The translations under genes and the position numbers were made by a program. The notes under the pieces are model-generated. The model was not told where the DNA came from and ran no database searches. It saw only the letters and a program-made list of their open reading frames with translations. From an uncultured archaeon (lineage in GTDB: Archaea > Iainarchaeota > Iainarchaeia > Iainarchaeales > 1-14-0-10-31-34), in NCBI GenBank assembly GCA_964442255.1, contig CAYTYC010000009.1, positions 1-52,261 of the forward strand: a stretch of 52,261 nucleotides of DNA, given 5' to 3'. How positions within the stretch are numbered: the first letter of the stretch is position 1; each line of letters opens with the position of its first letter. Positions 36,020 to 44,791 of this stretch are shown here, piece by piece.

Positions 36020-36763
36020 ATGCCGCCGCAAATGTACGCGCAAATGGGCCCCCAAATGAGGGGCCAGCTCTTCGGCTTTTCAACCGAGTTCCTTTTGCTT
36101 GAGCTCACCTACTTTCTGGTGGTGGCGGGAATTTGCCTTTACATTTATTTCCGCACAAGGGAAGTGTACTCCCTTTCAAAACACCCGGGGCTTTTTCATT
36201 TCAGGAACATTTTCCTGTACTTTTCGCTTGCATACTTTTTCCGGCTTGTGATTGTTTTTTTCATGCTTTCAGGGGAATTAATGGAAATACGGTTCAGGGG
36301 AGGGTTTTTTGGGGCAAGCGAATTCAGCCTTTTGTTTGCGGGATACTTCAGCACAATGGCAATACTTTCCCTTGCAATGAGCGTTTTAAGCAGGAAAATC
36401 AAGGCAGATGTTGAAAAAACAAACTATCTTTTGCACGGACTGGCGATTGTCTCTTCCTTGCTGGTTTTTTTCACGGGCTCATACAACCTTCTTGTAAGCC
36501 TGCAGGTTCTGGCGCTTGTGGGAATAATTTTTGCTGTTTTGACATCCCCCTGGAAAGCGAAAGGGAAAGGCGGCTTTTCCCAGACAAAGGCGACATATGT
36601 GCTTCTTGCGTTCTTTTGGATTGTTAATTTGTTTGCCTTCAGCCGCGTGCTTCTCCCCCCTGAGCTGAAAACAGTTCTCTACATCCTTTCCGCAGGGGTT
36701 TTTGTTTCAATTTTTGCAAGGGTGCAAAAGAGGTTGCCGAATGCCGAAAAGAAGCAGGCTTGA
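36020..36763 (+). CDS. Seven-TM membrane protein (putative sensor)
   Basis: About seven hydrophobic helices; overlaps the downstream regulator. Confidence 0.75.
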   Translation: MPPQMYAQMGPQMRGQLFGFSTEFLLLELTYFLVVAGICLYIYFRTREVYSLSKHPGLFHFRNIFLYFSLAYFFRLVIVFFMLSGELMEIRFRGGFFGASEFSLLFAGYFSTMAILSLAMSVLSRKIKADVEKTNYLLHGLAIVSSLLVFFTGSYNLLVSLQVLALVGIIFAVLTSPWKAKGKGGFSQTKATYVLLAFFWIVNLFAFSRVLLPPELKTVLYILSAGVFVSIFARVQKRLPNAEKKQA

Positions 36764-37013
36764 AATCATTTACTCCATTCTGGGAATAGTGCGGGAACAC
36801 GACAATTCAATTAAGCCCACTCCCTTGCTCCGGTACACAAACATCTCTTCACAAAGCTTTGCTGAATACTACAGGGAATTGCTGGAGAAAAGGTTTATCC
36901 GTGAGGGGGAAGACAGGAAAAGAAGAAAATATGTTTCGCTCACTGACAAGGGATTCAGGTTTTTGGAGAAATACGGCGTGCTTAAGGGATTAATTGAGGA
37001 ATTCGAACTGTGA
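36741..37013 (+). CDS. Winged helix-turn-helix regulator (HTH_45-like)
   Basis: KRSRLEIIYSIL ... LTDKGFRFL; ATG at 36741. Confidence 0.85.
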   Translation: MPKRSRLEIIYSILGIVREHDNSIKPTPLLRYTNISSQSFAEYYRELLEKRFIREGEDRKRRKYVSLTDKGFRFLEKYGVLKGLIEEFEL

Positions 37014-37085
37014 ATTATACATAACGGTTTCGTTGTTTGCCCTGTGCAGTTATTAAATTTCTTTTGAGGCTAATTCTTTTGTAAG

Positions 37086-39437
37086 ATGATTAAGTCAATT
37101 TCTCTGGAGAACTGGCGTAGCCACAAGAATTCAAGGCTGGAGTTCGGCCCGGGCACAAACGTGCTTGTGGGAGTTTTGGGGAGTGGAAAAAGCAGCGTAA
37201 TGGATGCCCTGTGCTTTGCTCTTTTCGGAACCTTTCCCGCGCTGAACGCGCGCAGGGTTTCAATGGACGAGGTTGTGATGAACCGCCCCGGGCAGGAGGA
37301 AAAAGCGAAAGTGAAGGCGGAATTCGGTTTTGCGGGGGAAGAATATGCCGTGGAAAGAACAATTAATCTGGGAAAAAAGGCGAACGAAGCCAAACTGAAA
37401 AAAAACGGGGAGCTTATCGCCGGACCAAAGCCAAGTGAAGTGACGGAAAGGATTGAGGAACTGCTGGAAATGAATTACGAATTGTTCAGCAGGGCCGTGT
37501 ACAGCGAGCAAAACCAGATAGACTTTTTCCTCCGCTTAAGCCCTTCGCAAAGGAAAGAAAAATTTGACGAGCTGCTGGACTTGGAAAAATATGAAACCGC
37601 AAGAGGGAATGCTGTGCAGCTGAAGAACCGGCTGAAAAAAGAAAACCGGCAGAAAGGCGAATGGCTGAATCAATTAAAGGAACGGTTTTCCCTGGGGGAA
37701 ATGGAGAAACAAAAGAAAAGCCTGGGGGAAAGGGAAGTCAAGCTAAGGGCACTGGAAAAAGAGCTCAAAGAGTGGGCCGGGGAAAAAAAGGAAAAAGAAA
37801 AAAGGCTCCGGGAAATTGAGTCAAAGAAAAAGGAATTCAGCCTTCTCTCGGATTTGACTGGAAAAATGGAGGGACGAATTGAGGGGGTGGAAAAGGATTT
37901 GAGGGACGCGGAGAAAGAGGCGGGGGAAGAGCTTAAGGCGGGAATTGAAGAGCTCGCCGGAAAAATGGAGCGCCTGGAAAGAAAAAAGGCGGAGTCGGAA
38001 AAAAAGGCGGAATGGATTGCGGAAAAAGAAAAAGAAAAAGCCGTTTTAATGGAACGAAAAGAGGGGTTGGAGAAAGAAATTGAATCAATCCAAAAAGCCG
38101 TGATGGGGGACATCGGCTCGTTTGAAAATCTGGAGAAACGGTTTGAGGAAAGCGTGAAAGAAATAATGGAAACGGAAAAAGGGGTTGAAAGGCTTGAAGA
38201 AGAATGCGGAAAGGCAAGGGACGAAAGGCGCTCGCTTGAGCAGGGGATTACGGAAACGGAAAAACAGTTAAGGGAACTGGAGGAAAGCGGGGCAAAGTGC
38301 CCGGTGTGCGAAGCGGAGCTCGGGGAAGGGAAAAAAGAAAGCATTTTGAAGGAAAAAAGGAAAAGGCTGGAGGAAAAAAACTCCAGGCGAATAAAGGAAC
38401 GGGAACTGGAAAAAGGGATTAAAAAAGAGCTGGAGGAAAAGAAAAAGCTTTTCGAAGAATTAAGGGAACAGAACAGGAAACTGGTTGAGGCAAAGGAAAA
38501 AGGGAAAGGAATTGAGGAAAAAAGCCGTGAAATAAGGGAATTAAACGCGCTTTTAAGGACGGTTTCCCTGGAACTGGAAAAGGAAAGCAGTGGGGAAGTA
38601 AAGGAAAGGATTAAAGGGATTGACGGGGAAAGAAAAAAGCTGGAAAAACTGATTCAATGCAAAAGCAGGGAAAAAGAGGTTTCAGCCCTGAAAAACGAGC
38701 TTAAGGGGCTGGAAAGGAAATTAAAGGAACTGGAGTTCAGCGAGAAAGAGTACGGGAAAAGAATGGAGGCAAAATACAGGGCGGAAGAAAAAGTGAAAGG
38801 AATAGAGAAAGAAATTTTTTCAGTGAAAGAATTTGTTTCAGCCTTAAGGGACAGCTTGAAGGCATTGGAGAAGACGCGCATGGAAATAGAGAAAGAGGAA
38901 AACTTTTTGGGGGAACGGGAAAACGCCCTGGAGGGGCTGGGGGTTTTCGCGGAAGCGCTTTCAGCAACACAGGCGCAGTTAAGGAAACAATTGGTTGAGG
39001 CGGTGAACGAGGCAATGGCCGACGTGTGGGAAAGGGTTTACCCCTACAAAGACTTCTCTTCCGCGAAAATGGTTGTGGAGGAAGGAAGCTATGAGCTGAA
39101 GGTCCGCGACAGGAAGGGAAAGTGGGTGAGGGTGGAAGGAATTTTAAGCGGAGGCGAAAGGAGCGCGGCCGCAATCTGCATCCGGATTGCTTTTTCCCTT
39201 GTGCTTACCCGGAACCTGGGGCTGCTGATTTTGGACGAGCCCACGCATAATCTGGACAAAAACGCAGTGGATTCACTGAGTGAAATGATGAAAAGCCATT
39301 TGCCTGAACTGGTGGAGCAGATTTTCATCATAACCCACGACCCGGAAATGGAGAAAAGCGCGTCCTCAAGCCTGTACACGCTTGAAAGAAACAAGGAAAC
39401 GGACGGGGCAACAATTTCAAAAAGGGCTGAAATTTAG
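37086..39437 (+). CDS. rad50: Rad50/SbcC DNA double-strand break repair ATPase
   Basis: LENWRSH, GSGKSS, coiled coils with a central CPVC zinc hook, LSGGE, LDEPT. Confidence 0.9.
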   Translation: MIKSISLENWRSHKNSRLEFGPGTNVLVGVLGSGKSSVMDALCFALFGTFPALNARRVSMDEVVMNRPGQEEKAKVKAEFGFAGEEYAVERTINLGKKANEAKLKKNGELIAGPKPSEVTERIEELLEMNYELFSRAVYSEQNQIDFFLRLSPSQRKEKFDELLDLEKYETARGNAVQLKNRLKKENRQKGEWLNQLKERFSLGEMEKQKKSLGEREVKLRALEKELKEWAGEKKEKEKRLREIESKKKEFSLLSDLTGKMEGRIEGVEKDLRDAEKEAGEELKAGIEELAGKMERLERKKAESEKKAEWIAEKEKEKAVLMERKEGLEKEIESIQKAVMGDIGSFENLEKRFEESVKEIMETEKGVERLEEECGKARDERRSLEQGITETEKQLRELEESGAKCPVCEAELGEGKKESILKEKRKRLEEKNSRRIKERELEKGIKKELEEKKKLFEELREQNRKLVEAKEKGKGIEEKSREIRELNALLRTVSLELEKESSGEVKERIKGIDGERKKLEKLIQCKSREKEVSALKNELKGLERKLKELEFSEKEYGKRMEAKYRAEEKVKGIEKEIFSVKEFVSALRDSLKALEKTRMEIEKEENFLGERENALEGLGVFAEALSATQAQLRKQLVEAVNEAMADVWERVYPYKDFSSAKMVVEEGSYELKVRDRKGKWVRVEGILSGGERSAAAICIRIAFSLVLTRNLGLLILDEPTHNLDKNAVDSLSEMMKSHLPELVEQIFIITHDPEMEKSASSSLYTLERNKETDGATISKRAEI

Positions 39438-39628
39438 TTGGCTTCCTTTTCTTTTACCTTTCTGGTGATATAGCCTGCAATCAGGTTGCGGGTGACTTTA
39501 AAGAATTTGGCGCCCACTTCCTCCAAAACATTTTTGTTGTGTTCAAAGTCTTTGGAGAACTTGTCAGGAAATTCCTCCATCAAAAAAACTGCCCTTGTTT
39601 TAATCCCCCTTGGAACCGCTTTACCCAT
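39434..39628 (-). CDS. rps17e: 30S ribosomal protein S17e
   Basis: FSKDFEHNK, RNLIAGYITR. Confidence 0.95.
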   Translation of the reverse strand: MGKAVPRGIKTRAVFLMEEFPDKFSKDFEHNKNVLEEVGAKFFKVTRNLIAGYITRKVKEKEAN

Positions 39629-39640
39629 TTTTTTTCACCA

Positions 39641-39844
39641 TTAAATGCTGAGCTTTTCTTCCCTTCCGTCAGGGTAACGCCTTATTACCGCCAGGGGAAG
39701 AACGTCTTTTTCCAGCTCCAATGACGCCAAATCAAGCATTGAGGTTTCCTTTGGGGCCTTAACCATGGGCGGAGCCCCCAAAGAGAGCTGCAAAGCCCTC
39801 GCGCTAATTATTCGCGTCCTTTCAAACCGAGTTAAATTCGCCAT
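39641..39844 (-). CDS. rpoK: RNA polymerase subunit Rpo6 (K)
   Basis: [25 protein letters not shown] at 39844. Confidence 0.95.
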   Translation of the reverse strand: MANLTRFERTRIISARALQLSLGAPPMVKAPKETSMLDLASLELEKDVLPLAVIRRYPDGREEKLSI

Positions 39845-39913
39845 TGGGAACACTAAAAAAAAAGTATTTACTGAAATGTGGATGGAAAGAATTAAAAACC
39901 TGCATTTCACGGG

Positions 39914-40840
39914 CTATTCCGTTTTTTGGGGGAATTCGGACACTGAAAAGTCCCATGCAAGGGAAACGGGTGAAGAAGTTCTCACAAAGGCCCTGGAATT
40001 GGAGTCAACATGAACCCTCACTCCCCTGGATTCGCAGAAGTCTCGGAATTTCCTTAAAAACTGCCTTTGGATTGAAAGAAAGGCTACAGCCAAATCAGGG
40101 GAAAAAAGCTCTGAAGACGGGTTGGTGAAGCGGGAGGGAAAAGTGAGATAGGCTTTCTCCAAATGCGAGCGCAGCTTTAGGAGTTCAGTGTAACGCGGGT
40201 TTTTTTCAAGCTCGCTCCTGTAAAAAAGCCGGAATTTTTGAATGCATGATTTTTCCAGTTCCCTTAATTCGGAGTCAATTGAACGCAAAGTTTCCAGTAG
40301 TCCGGTTAACTGCCTGGACAGGGAGGATTCCTTTTTTGTGCAAAACCAGCGCAAAAACCTTGGCTCAATTAGCCTGGCCTTTTCCTGTTCAAGCAATTGC
40401 CTGGCTTCCAAAAGGGGAAGGGAAAGCCTTTCCCCTGAGTTAAGGGGGCCGATGGGGAGGAGCTGGGTTCCCCATTCAGCCTGCTTCCTTAACCTTTTGT
40501 CCTTGAACTCTTTGGCAGAGTGAAAGCTTTCAGAGAATTCTTTTGAAACAGGCTCAAAGTAAAGCCCGTCGCAAAGCACTTCAATTTCCACGACCGAAGA
40601 GGGAAGGACATTGGATGCTGTGAGATTGTGAGGTCTGCAGCATAAGCAGTTCAATGAATCTGTTCCCAGGTTGTAAAGGCTTTTGGAGAAAAGCTTTGGC
40701 CACAAAGGCTGGAAGTCCATGGAACGGAATTCGCGGTTTTTTTGGAGGGAATGCCTCTTCGCAGCGCTCCCCTCAACCCCCCGGAAAAGGGGAGCCTGCG
40801 GAGCCAAGCCTGTTCCTGAAAGGAAGACTTTTTGAGGCAT
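39914..40840 (-). CDS. Degenerate family B DNA polymerase palm/fingers-like protein (PolB2-like) with an inserted domain
   Basis: MDFQPLWP...YNLGTDSLNCLCC resembles motif A plus the PolB2 NCxCC; FCESRGVRVHVDSNSRAFV resembles a decayed motif C. Confidence 0.6.
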   Translation of the reverse strand: MPQKVFLSGTGLAPQAPLFRGVEGSAAKRHSLQKNREFRSMDFQPLWPKLFSKSLYNLGTDSLNCLCCRPHNLTASNVLPSSVVEIEVLCDGLYFEPVSKEFSESFHSAKEFKDKRLRKQAEWGTQLLPIGPLNSGERLSLPLLEARQLLEQEKARLIEPRFLRWFCTKKESSLSRQLTGLLETLRSIDSELRELEKSCIQKFRLFYRSELEKNPRYTELLKLRSHLEKAYLTFPSRFTNPSSELFSPDLAVAFLSIQRQFLRKFRDFCESRGVRVHVDSNSRAFVRTSSPVSLAWDFSVSEFPQKTE

Positions 40841-40949
40841 AGTATAAGAGGAAATTCCGGCTTATAAAGCCTTTTCGGAGGGGCACATTTCCTGTGATTT
40901 CAAAGAAACCGTTATTAATTATTGCTGCGTAATTATATGGGGTTTTTGG

Positions 40950-41198
40950 ATGGCTCAGACTACTCCCATACTGATTCATTTTTCCAGGAAAGACATTAAG
41001 AGGATTGACGCACTCGTGAAGAAGGGCTTTTACGCGTCGCGCACGGAGGCAGTGAGGGACGCGGTCAGGCAAAAGCTTGACCTGCTGGAAAAAGAAGAGG
41101 ACGTTCTTGAAAACATCGCGGACAAAAGGCTTGACGAAATGTTCAAGGAATACATTGAAGAAGACCCGCAAAAAAGGTTAAGGAAACTTGGGCTGTGA
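40950..41198 (+). CDS. Ribbon-helix-helix (CopG/Arc/MetJ) regulator or antitoxin
   Basis: IDALVKKGFYASRTEAVRDAVR. Confidence 0.88.
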   Translation: MAQTTPILIHFSRKDIKRIDALVKKGFYASRTEAVRDAVRQKLDLLEKEEDVLENIADKRLDEMFKEYIEEDPQKRLRKLGL

Positions 41199-41262
41199 AC
41201 GCTTTTTTTAGCGGGAACCAATTTTACGATTTTTTTTAACGGTTCCGGTTGAAGGCTTTGGG

Positions 41263-41376
41263 TCATAAGTCAGCCGGGTAGCATTTAGGGCACTTAAAGC
41301 TCACTTCTTTTTGCTTTGACCCTTTAACCTCTGTGAAAACTTTTTTCAAAACCGAATGGCAGTTAGGGCACTTCAT
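41263..41376 (-). CDS. 37-aa zinc-ribbon microprotein (possibly truncated)
   Basis: MKCPNCHSVLKKVFTEVKGSKQKEVSFKCPKCYPADL*, starting 7 nt after the herA stop. Confidence 0.5.
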   Translation of the reverse strand: MKCPNCHSVLKKVFTEVKGSKQKEVSFKCPKCYPADL

Positions 41377-41383
41377 TCAAACA

Positions 41384-43429
41384 TCACTCGCCCAGGAACT
41401 GCTTTGCTTCCCTTTTCTTTTCAGTGCTTTTTTCCTCGAATTCCCGTGCCGCAAGCTCGAGGGGAATTTCATGCGAGGATTCAGGGGATTTTCTTTCCCT
41501 TACCTTGAAAAACAGCGGAAAGCCTGTTGCTTCGCCGATTATTAACGCTTCCCCGACCTTTAAGCCGGAAATCATTTCCTCGCTCCGGCTGTCCAGACCC
41601 TCACAGCTCTGCCCAATGTGCTTCAAGTCATACGGGTTTGTGATGCGCAAAATAATGTGGGAATTGCACTGGGAAAGGACCGTTGTGGACAACTGGATTG
41701 GCCTCTGGGAAATCAGGCACAGGCAGGCGCCAAACTTTCGTCCCTCTCGTGCAATTGTCTGGAGAATGCTCCGTGCGAGAGCAGTTTCCTTCCCTGCTCG
41801 TTCAGGAATGAACTGGTGTGCTTCCTCCAAAACCATCAAAAAAGGCGGGATCTCTTTTTTCCTGCGCATCTGAAAAAGCTTTTGCGAAAAATAATTCACT
41901 ATAAGCTGCTTTTTCTTTACGTTCACGATTTGCGAGAGGTCAACCACAGTCAATTCGCCGGGCTTCACCAGTTCCTCTACTGCCGGGGAATCAAATTTTC
42001 CGAACAAACGCATTTCCTCCAGTTCACCCAGCCAGGCAAGCAGGGCCTTTTTGCTGTTTTCCTTTATTTCCTCGTCCTTAATTATTTCGGTTTTAATTGA
42101 ATTCAAGTCATAAGGCCCGACTCCGGACTTCATCTCCGTTTTGAGTTTTTCCATTACCCTGCCCAAATCCCTTCTTTGCACGGCGGAAGATCCGGGCATC
42201 ATTGCGGAAAGCATGAAGGCGGAAAGCTTTGGGACGCCAATTTTAATGTCCCTGGCTTTCACTACCCCGGACCTGGAGGAATAATCTTTGTGTTCCTTGT
42301 CTGTAACCGGCTGCGCAAAATTAGTGTATTCGCCGTGCACGTCCAGCACAACGACAGCAATCCTTCCGTGCTCTTTTTTTCTGTCAAGGAGCTCTTCCAG
42401 CATCACCGAAACCAGATAGCTGTTATGGATTATCAGGTTGTTTGCAGTAAAGTTGCGGGCTTCAACAGCCAAATCGTAAACATACTCAAAATCTGGCTTA
42501 AATTGGGTTATTTCAAGCACTGGGTCAAAAAAGAGCTCCAACTGCAAAGTGCCTTTTTTCCCAACTGCTTCTTTTGGACCCAAAAGAACATTTCCTTCCC
42601 TCAAGTCTTTTGCCTGAGTCCACCTTATTTCACCATCCAATACAGGCACCAAATGTTCGGGGGTGAGCTCAATTTGTTTTCCGGTCCTGGTTTTAATTTG
42701 ATACATTGTTTTAGGGGCTTTTCTTCGGGTAAATGCTTTAATTGTTGAGAACGTTAACCGGTTATTTGGGTTCACGGAAACAACTTTTAGTTTGGGGTCG
42801 TTGTTTTCCGTGAATTCAACTCCGTCTTCTACCTTAAACCCCTTGCTTAATTTTTCATCTACAAGCTTCCCTATTTCTTTGCGGCTTCCGTCAGAAAACA
42901 AGATTTCTGTTTTGGGGCTTACGCACTTTCCCGCGCCCGAAAGCGCCAAAATTGCGGCATGCTTTTGCAGGAGCTTTGAAAGCTGCAGTTTTACGGGAAT
43001 TCCATGGAACTCCACTTCACCCAAATGCAGGCCGTCCTCCTGGGAAAAGCTCAAAAACCTGTTCAAGTTTTCTTTGGACGCAACCCTGACCTTTGTTCCC
43101 GGCCCCGCGGGAAGGGTTGCGCGCTTAATCATTCCGTCCCTGAACACGCCCAGAGGGCGGGTTTGCGCAACCAAAAACTCCCATTCCGTTGTGGGAAACT
43201 GCTCATTTAATGCAACGCCGTTGGACTCAAACTCTTTCACTGAATCTGCGCGCTCAAAGTAACGGTTTGTTTTCACTAAATTGTTTACAAACGCAATCAT
43301 TGTTCCTTCGCTGTAATCCAGTTCAACAAACATTCCCCTGTGAACCGCACCGGAGTTGACAACAAAAGACATGTTTGCGGGGGAAGGGGAATCGGGTGTG
43401 CTGATAACTGTTCCGAGCTCTTCAGTCAT
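41384..43429 (-). CDS. herA: HerA helicase/ATPase containing an intein
   Basis: HAAILALSGAGK[intein]S, LDVHGEY, LEEAHQF, IAREGRKFG, SQRP, SQCN; start set at MTEELG (43429). Confidence 0.93.
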   Translation of the reverse strand: MTEELGTVISTPDSPSPANMSFVVNSGAVHRGMFVELDYSEGTMIAFVNNLVKTNRYFERADSVKEFESNGVALNEQFPTTEWEFLVAQTRPLGVFRDGMIKRATLPAGPGTKVRVASKENLNRFLSFSQEDGLHLGEVEFHGIPVKLQLSKLLQKHAAILALSGAGKCVSPKTEILFSDGSRKEIGKLVDEKLSKGFKVEDGVEFTENNDPKLKVVSVNPNNRLTFSTIKAFTRRKAPKTMYQIKTRTGKQIELTPEHLVPVLDGEIRWTQAKDLREGNVLLGPKEAVGKKGTLQLELFFDPVLEITQFKPDFEYVYDLAVEARNFTANNLIIHNSYLVSVMLEELLDRKKEHGRIAVVVLDVHGEYTNFAQPVTDKEHKDYSSRSGVVKARDIKIGVPKLSAFMLSAMMPGSSAVQRRDLGRVMEKLKTEMKSGVGPYDLNSIKTEIIKDEEIKENSKKALLAWLGELEEMRLFGKFDSPAVEELVKPGELTVVDLSQIVNVKKKQLIVNYFSQKLFQMRRKKEIPPFLMVLEEAHQFIPERAGKETALARSILQTIAREGRKFGACLCLISQRPIQLSTTVLSQCNSHIILRITNPYDLKHIGQSCEGLDSRSEEMISGLKVGEALIIGEATGFPLFFKVRERKSPESSHEIPLELAAREFEEKSTEKKREAKQFLGE
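42422..42925 (-). mobile_element. Mini-intein (168 aa) in the HerA Walker A motif
   Basis: Starts CVSPKT, block B LTPEH, block F YVYDLAV, ends IIHN followed by Ser; no LAGLIDADG domain. Confidence 0.95.
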
Positions 43430-43643
43430 TCTTGTCCCCCTTTTCTTTAAGGTTCTTCTTAAATTGCACAATGAATTTTTTTGTTCCCTCCAGGGGAGTG
43501 CCTTTCCATTTGCATTCACTGCATTCAAAAACCTTGAAGTCCGCGATTGCATTGGGGAGAACGTCGCGGGAGCCGTGGACCTTTGTGGAGCCGCACACAG
43601 GGCAGAAGCGGAACATTTCTTCTCCAAACTTTTTATCCTGCAT
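43422..43643 (-). CDS. Small zinc-ribbon protein
   Basis: CPVCGS...CSECKWKG; overlaps the herA start. Confidence 0.75.
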   Translation of the reverse strand: MQDKKFGEEMFRFCPVCGSTKVHGSRDVLPNAIADFKVFECSECKWKGTPLEGTKKFIVQFKKNLKEKGDKND

Positions 43644-43713
43644 TTAATTTCCCTCCGCTAAGCTGGCGATATATATATAGGCTATTGAGTTTTCTTTTGT
43701 TGGTGAAAATTTT

Positions 43714-44025
43714 ATGGTTTACCAACCGTTTGGAAAAAATACGAAAACATTTGTGGATGTGCGCGAGTGCTTTGCTGCTATGTATGATTATGTTCAAAGG
43801 AAAGGAAAAAATGCCAGTTTGCAGGGATTTGCGGAAGAGTGCAATCACAAAGGGGCTTGGAGAATAAAACGTTTGCCTCGCAGAGTTGTGAGTATGCTGG
43901 ATGTTACAGTTCCCTCCCCTTTCGAGCCTGAAACGATGTTTAAGGCTGTGAAAAGATTTGTCCGCCAATCTTCCAAAACCCCTCCTCAAACCATGAAACC
44001 GCGCTACAAGCCAAGACCCCGCTGA
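43714..44025 (+). CDS. Hypothetical protein
   Basis: GGTGA SD before the ATG, AT-rich TATA-like region upstream. Confidence 0.55.
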   Translation: MVYQPFGKNTKTFVDVRECFAAMYDYVQRKGKNASLQGFAEECNHKGAWRIKRLPRRVVSMLDVTVPSPFEPETMFKAVKRFVRQSSKTPPQTMKPRYKPRPR

Positions 44026-44033
44026 ATTTTCCT

Positions 44034-44180
44034 TCACTTTTCCCACCTCAGTTTCGGCGTTATGGGCCGGCCCTTAAAACCGCAGTTCAGGCAGCGGAAG
44101 CTGCCGTCAGCCAACTGCATCACGTTTGAAGAGCCGCACTTCGGGCAAACCCTTAACATTCCCGTTACTTGCTTCTGCAT
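44034..44180 (-). CDS. 48-aa zinc-ribbon microprotein
   Basis: MQKQVTGMLRVCPKCGSSNVMQLADGSFRCLNCGFKGRPITPKLRWEK*, abutting the toxin stop. Confidence 0.65.
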   Translation of the reverse strand: MQKQVTGMLRVCPKCGSSNVMQLADGSFRCLNCGFKGRPITPKLRWEK

Positions 44181-44519
44181 TCAACCGCCCCGCTTTTTTA
44201 AGCCCTCCAGCATTCCAACCAGCCCGTTGAAAACTTGTTCCTTCTTCTTTGGGGTTAAGTGAAATAACACCTTTAAAATCAAGTGTTTTGAGGTAGTGTA
44301 AAGGTAGTTTAACTTTATGACGCTGTCCTTTATGGCTCCGTCTTCTTTTGACAATGGGATGCCTTTCATTTCCAGGTTACTGGTTATCCCCGCAACCACC
44401 ACATTGCCAAATTCTTCGCATAACACAAGGGCCGGCCTTTTCTTTACCTCAAAGCCATCGGCAAATTGCACCATTATTATAACAACGTCGCCTGCTTTAG
44501 GCATTTTCCCAGGCCTCAT
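44181..44519 (-). CDS. PemK/MazF family toxin
   Basis: GDVVII.VQFAD..EVKKRPALVL...AGITS; true start probably MPKAG. Confidence 0.88.
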   Translation of the reverse strand: MRPGKMPKAGDVVIIMVQFADGFEVKKRPALVLCEEFGNVVVAGITSNLEMKGIPLSKEDGAIKDSVIKLNYLYTTSKHLILKVLFHLTPKKKEQVFNGLVGMLEGLKKRGG

Positions 44520-44724
44520 CTTCTTTGTTGTCCCAGAGTTCCTTCATTTTCTGCTGCTGCACTTTATGGAGGAATTCATCGTACTGGTTGTTGGTTTTCA
44601 TGCTTTCAAACACCTTAACCATGCGCAAAATCAATTCATTGTAAGTCTGCCTGGGATACTCCTTGGCTTTCTTCAAGGAATTTACCACTGACTTATCGAG
44701 TTGCACAGTAGTCACCTTGCCCAT
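44497..44724 (-). CDS. RHH-type antitoxin
   Basis: TTVQL...TYNELILR; C-terminal LWDNKEDEAW; overlaps the toxin gene. Confidence 0.8.
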   Translation of the reverse strand: MGKVTTVQLDKSVVNSLKKAKEYPRQTYNELILRMVKVFESMKTNNQYDEFLHKVQQQKMKELWDNKEDEAWENA

Positions 44725-44791
44725 TATACATCACCAAATAATAAATATATAGCGAATTATATAAGATGGTATTGTTCACCGTAATTTCACC

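Noticed and set aside
37670..39394. Long Ser/Phe-rich antisense ORFs here and elsewhere (for example 31475-32986 and 44965-45852)
   Set aside because: They are shadows of Glu/Lys-rich or otherwise well-supported genes on the opposite strand.
43430..43627. N-terminal extension of herA
   Set aside because: It overlaps the zinc-ribbon ORF in another frame; the HerA-like sequence starts at MTEELG.
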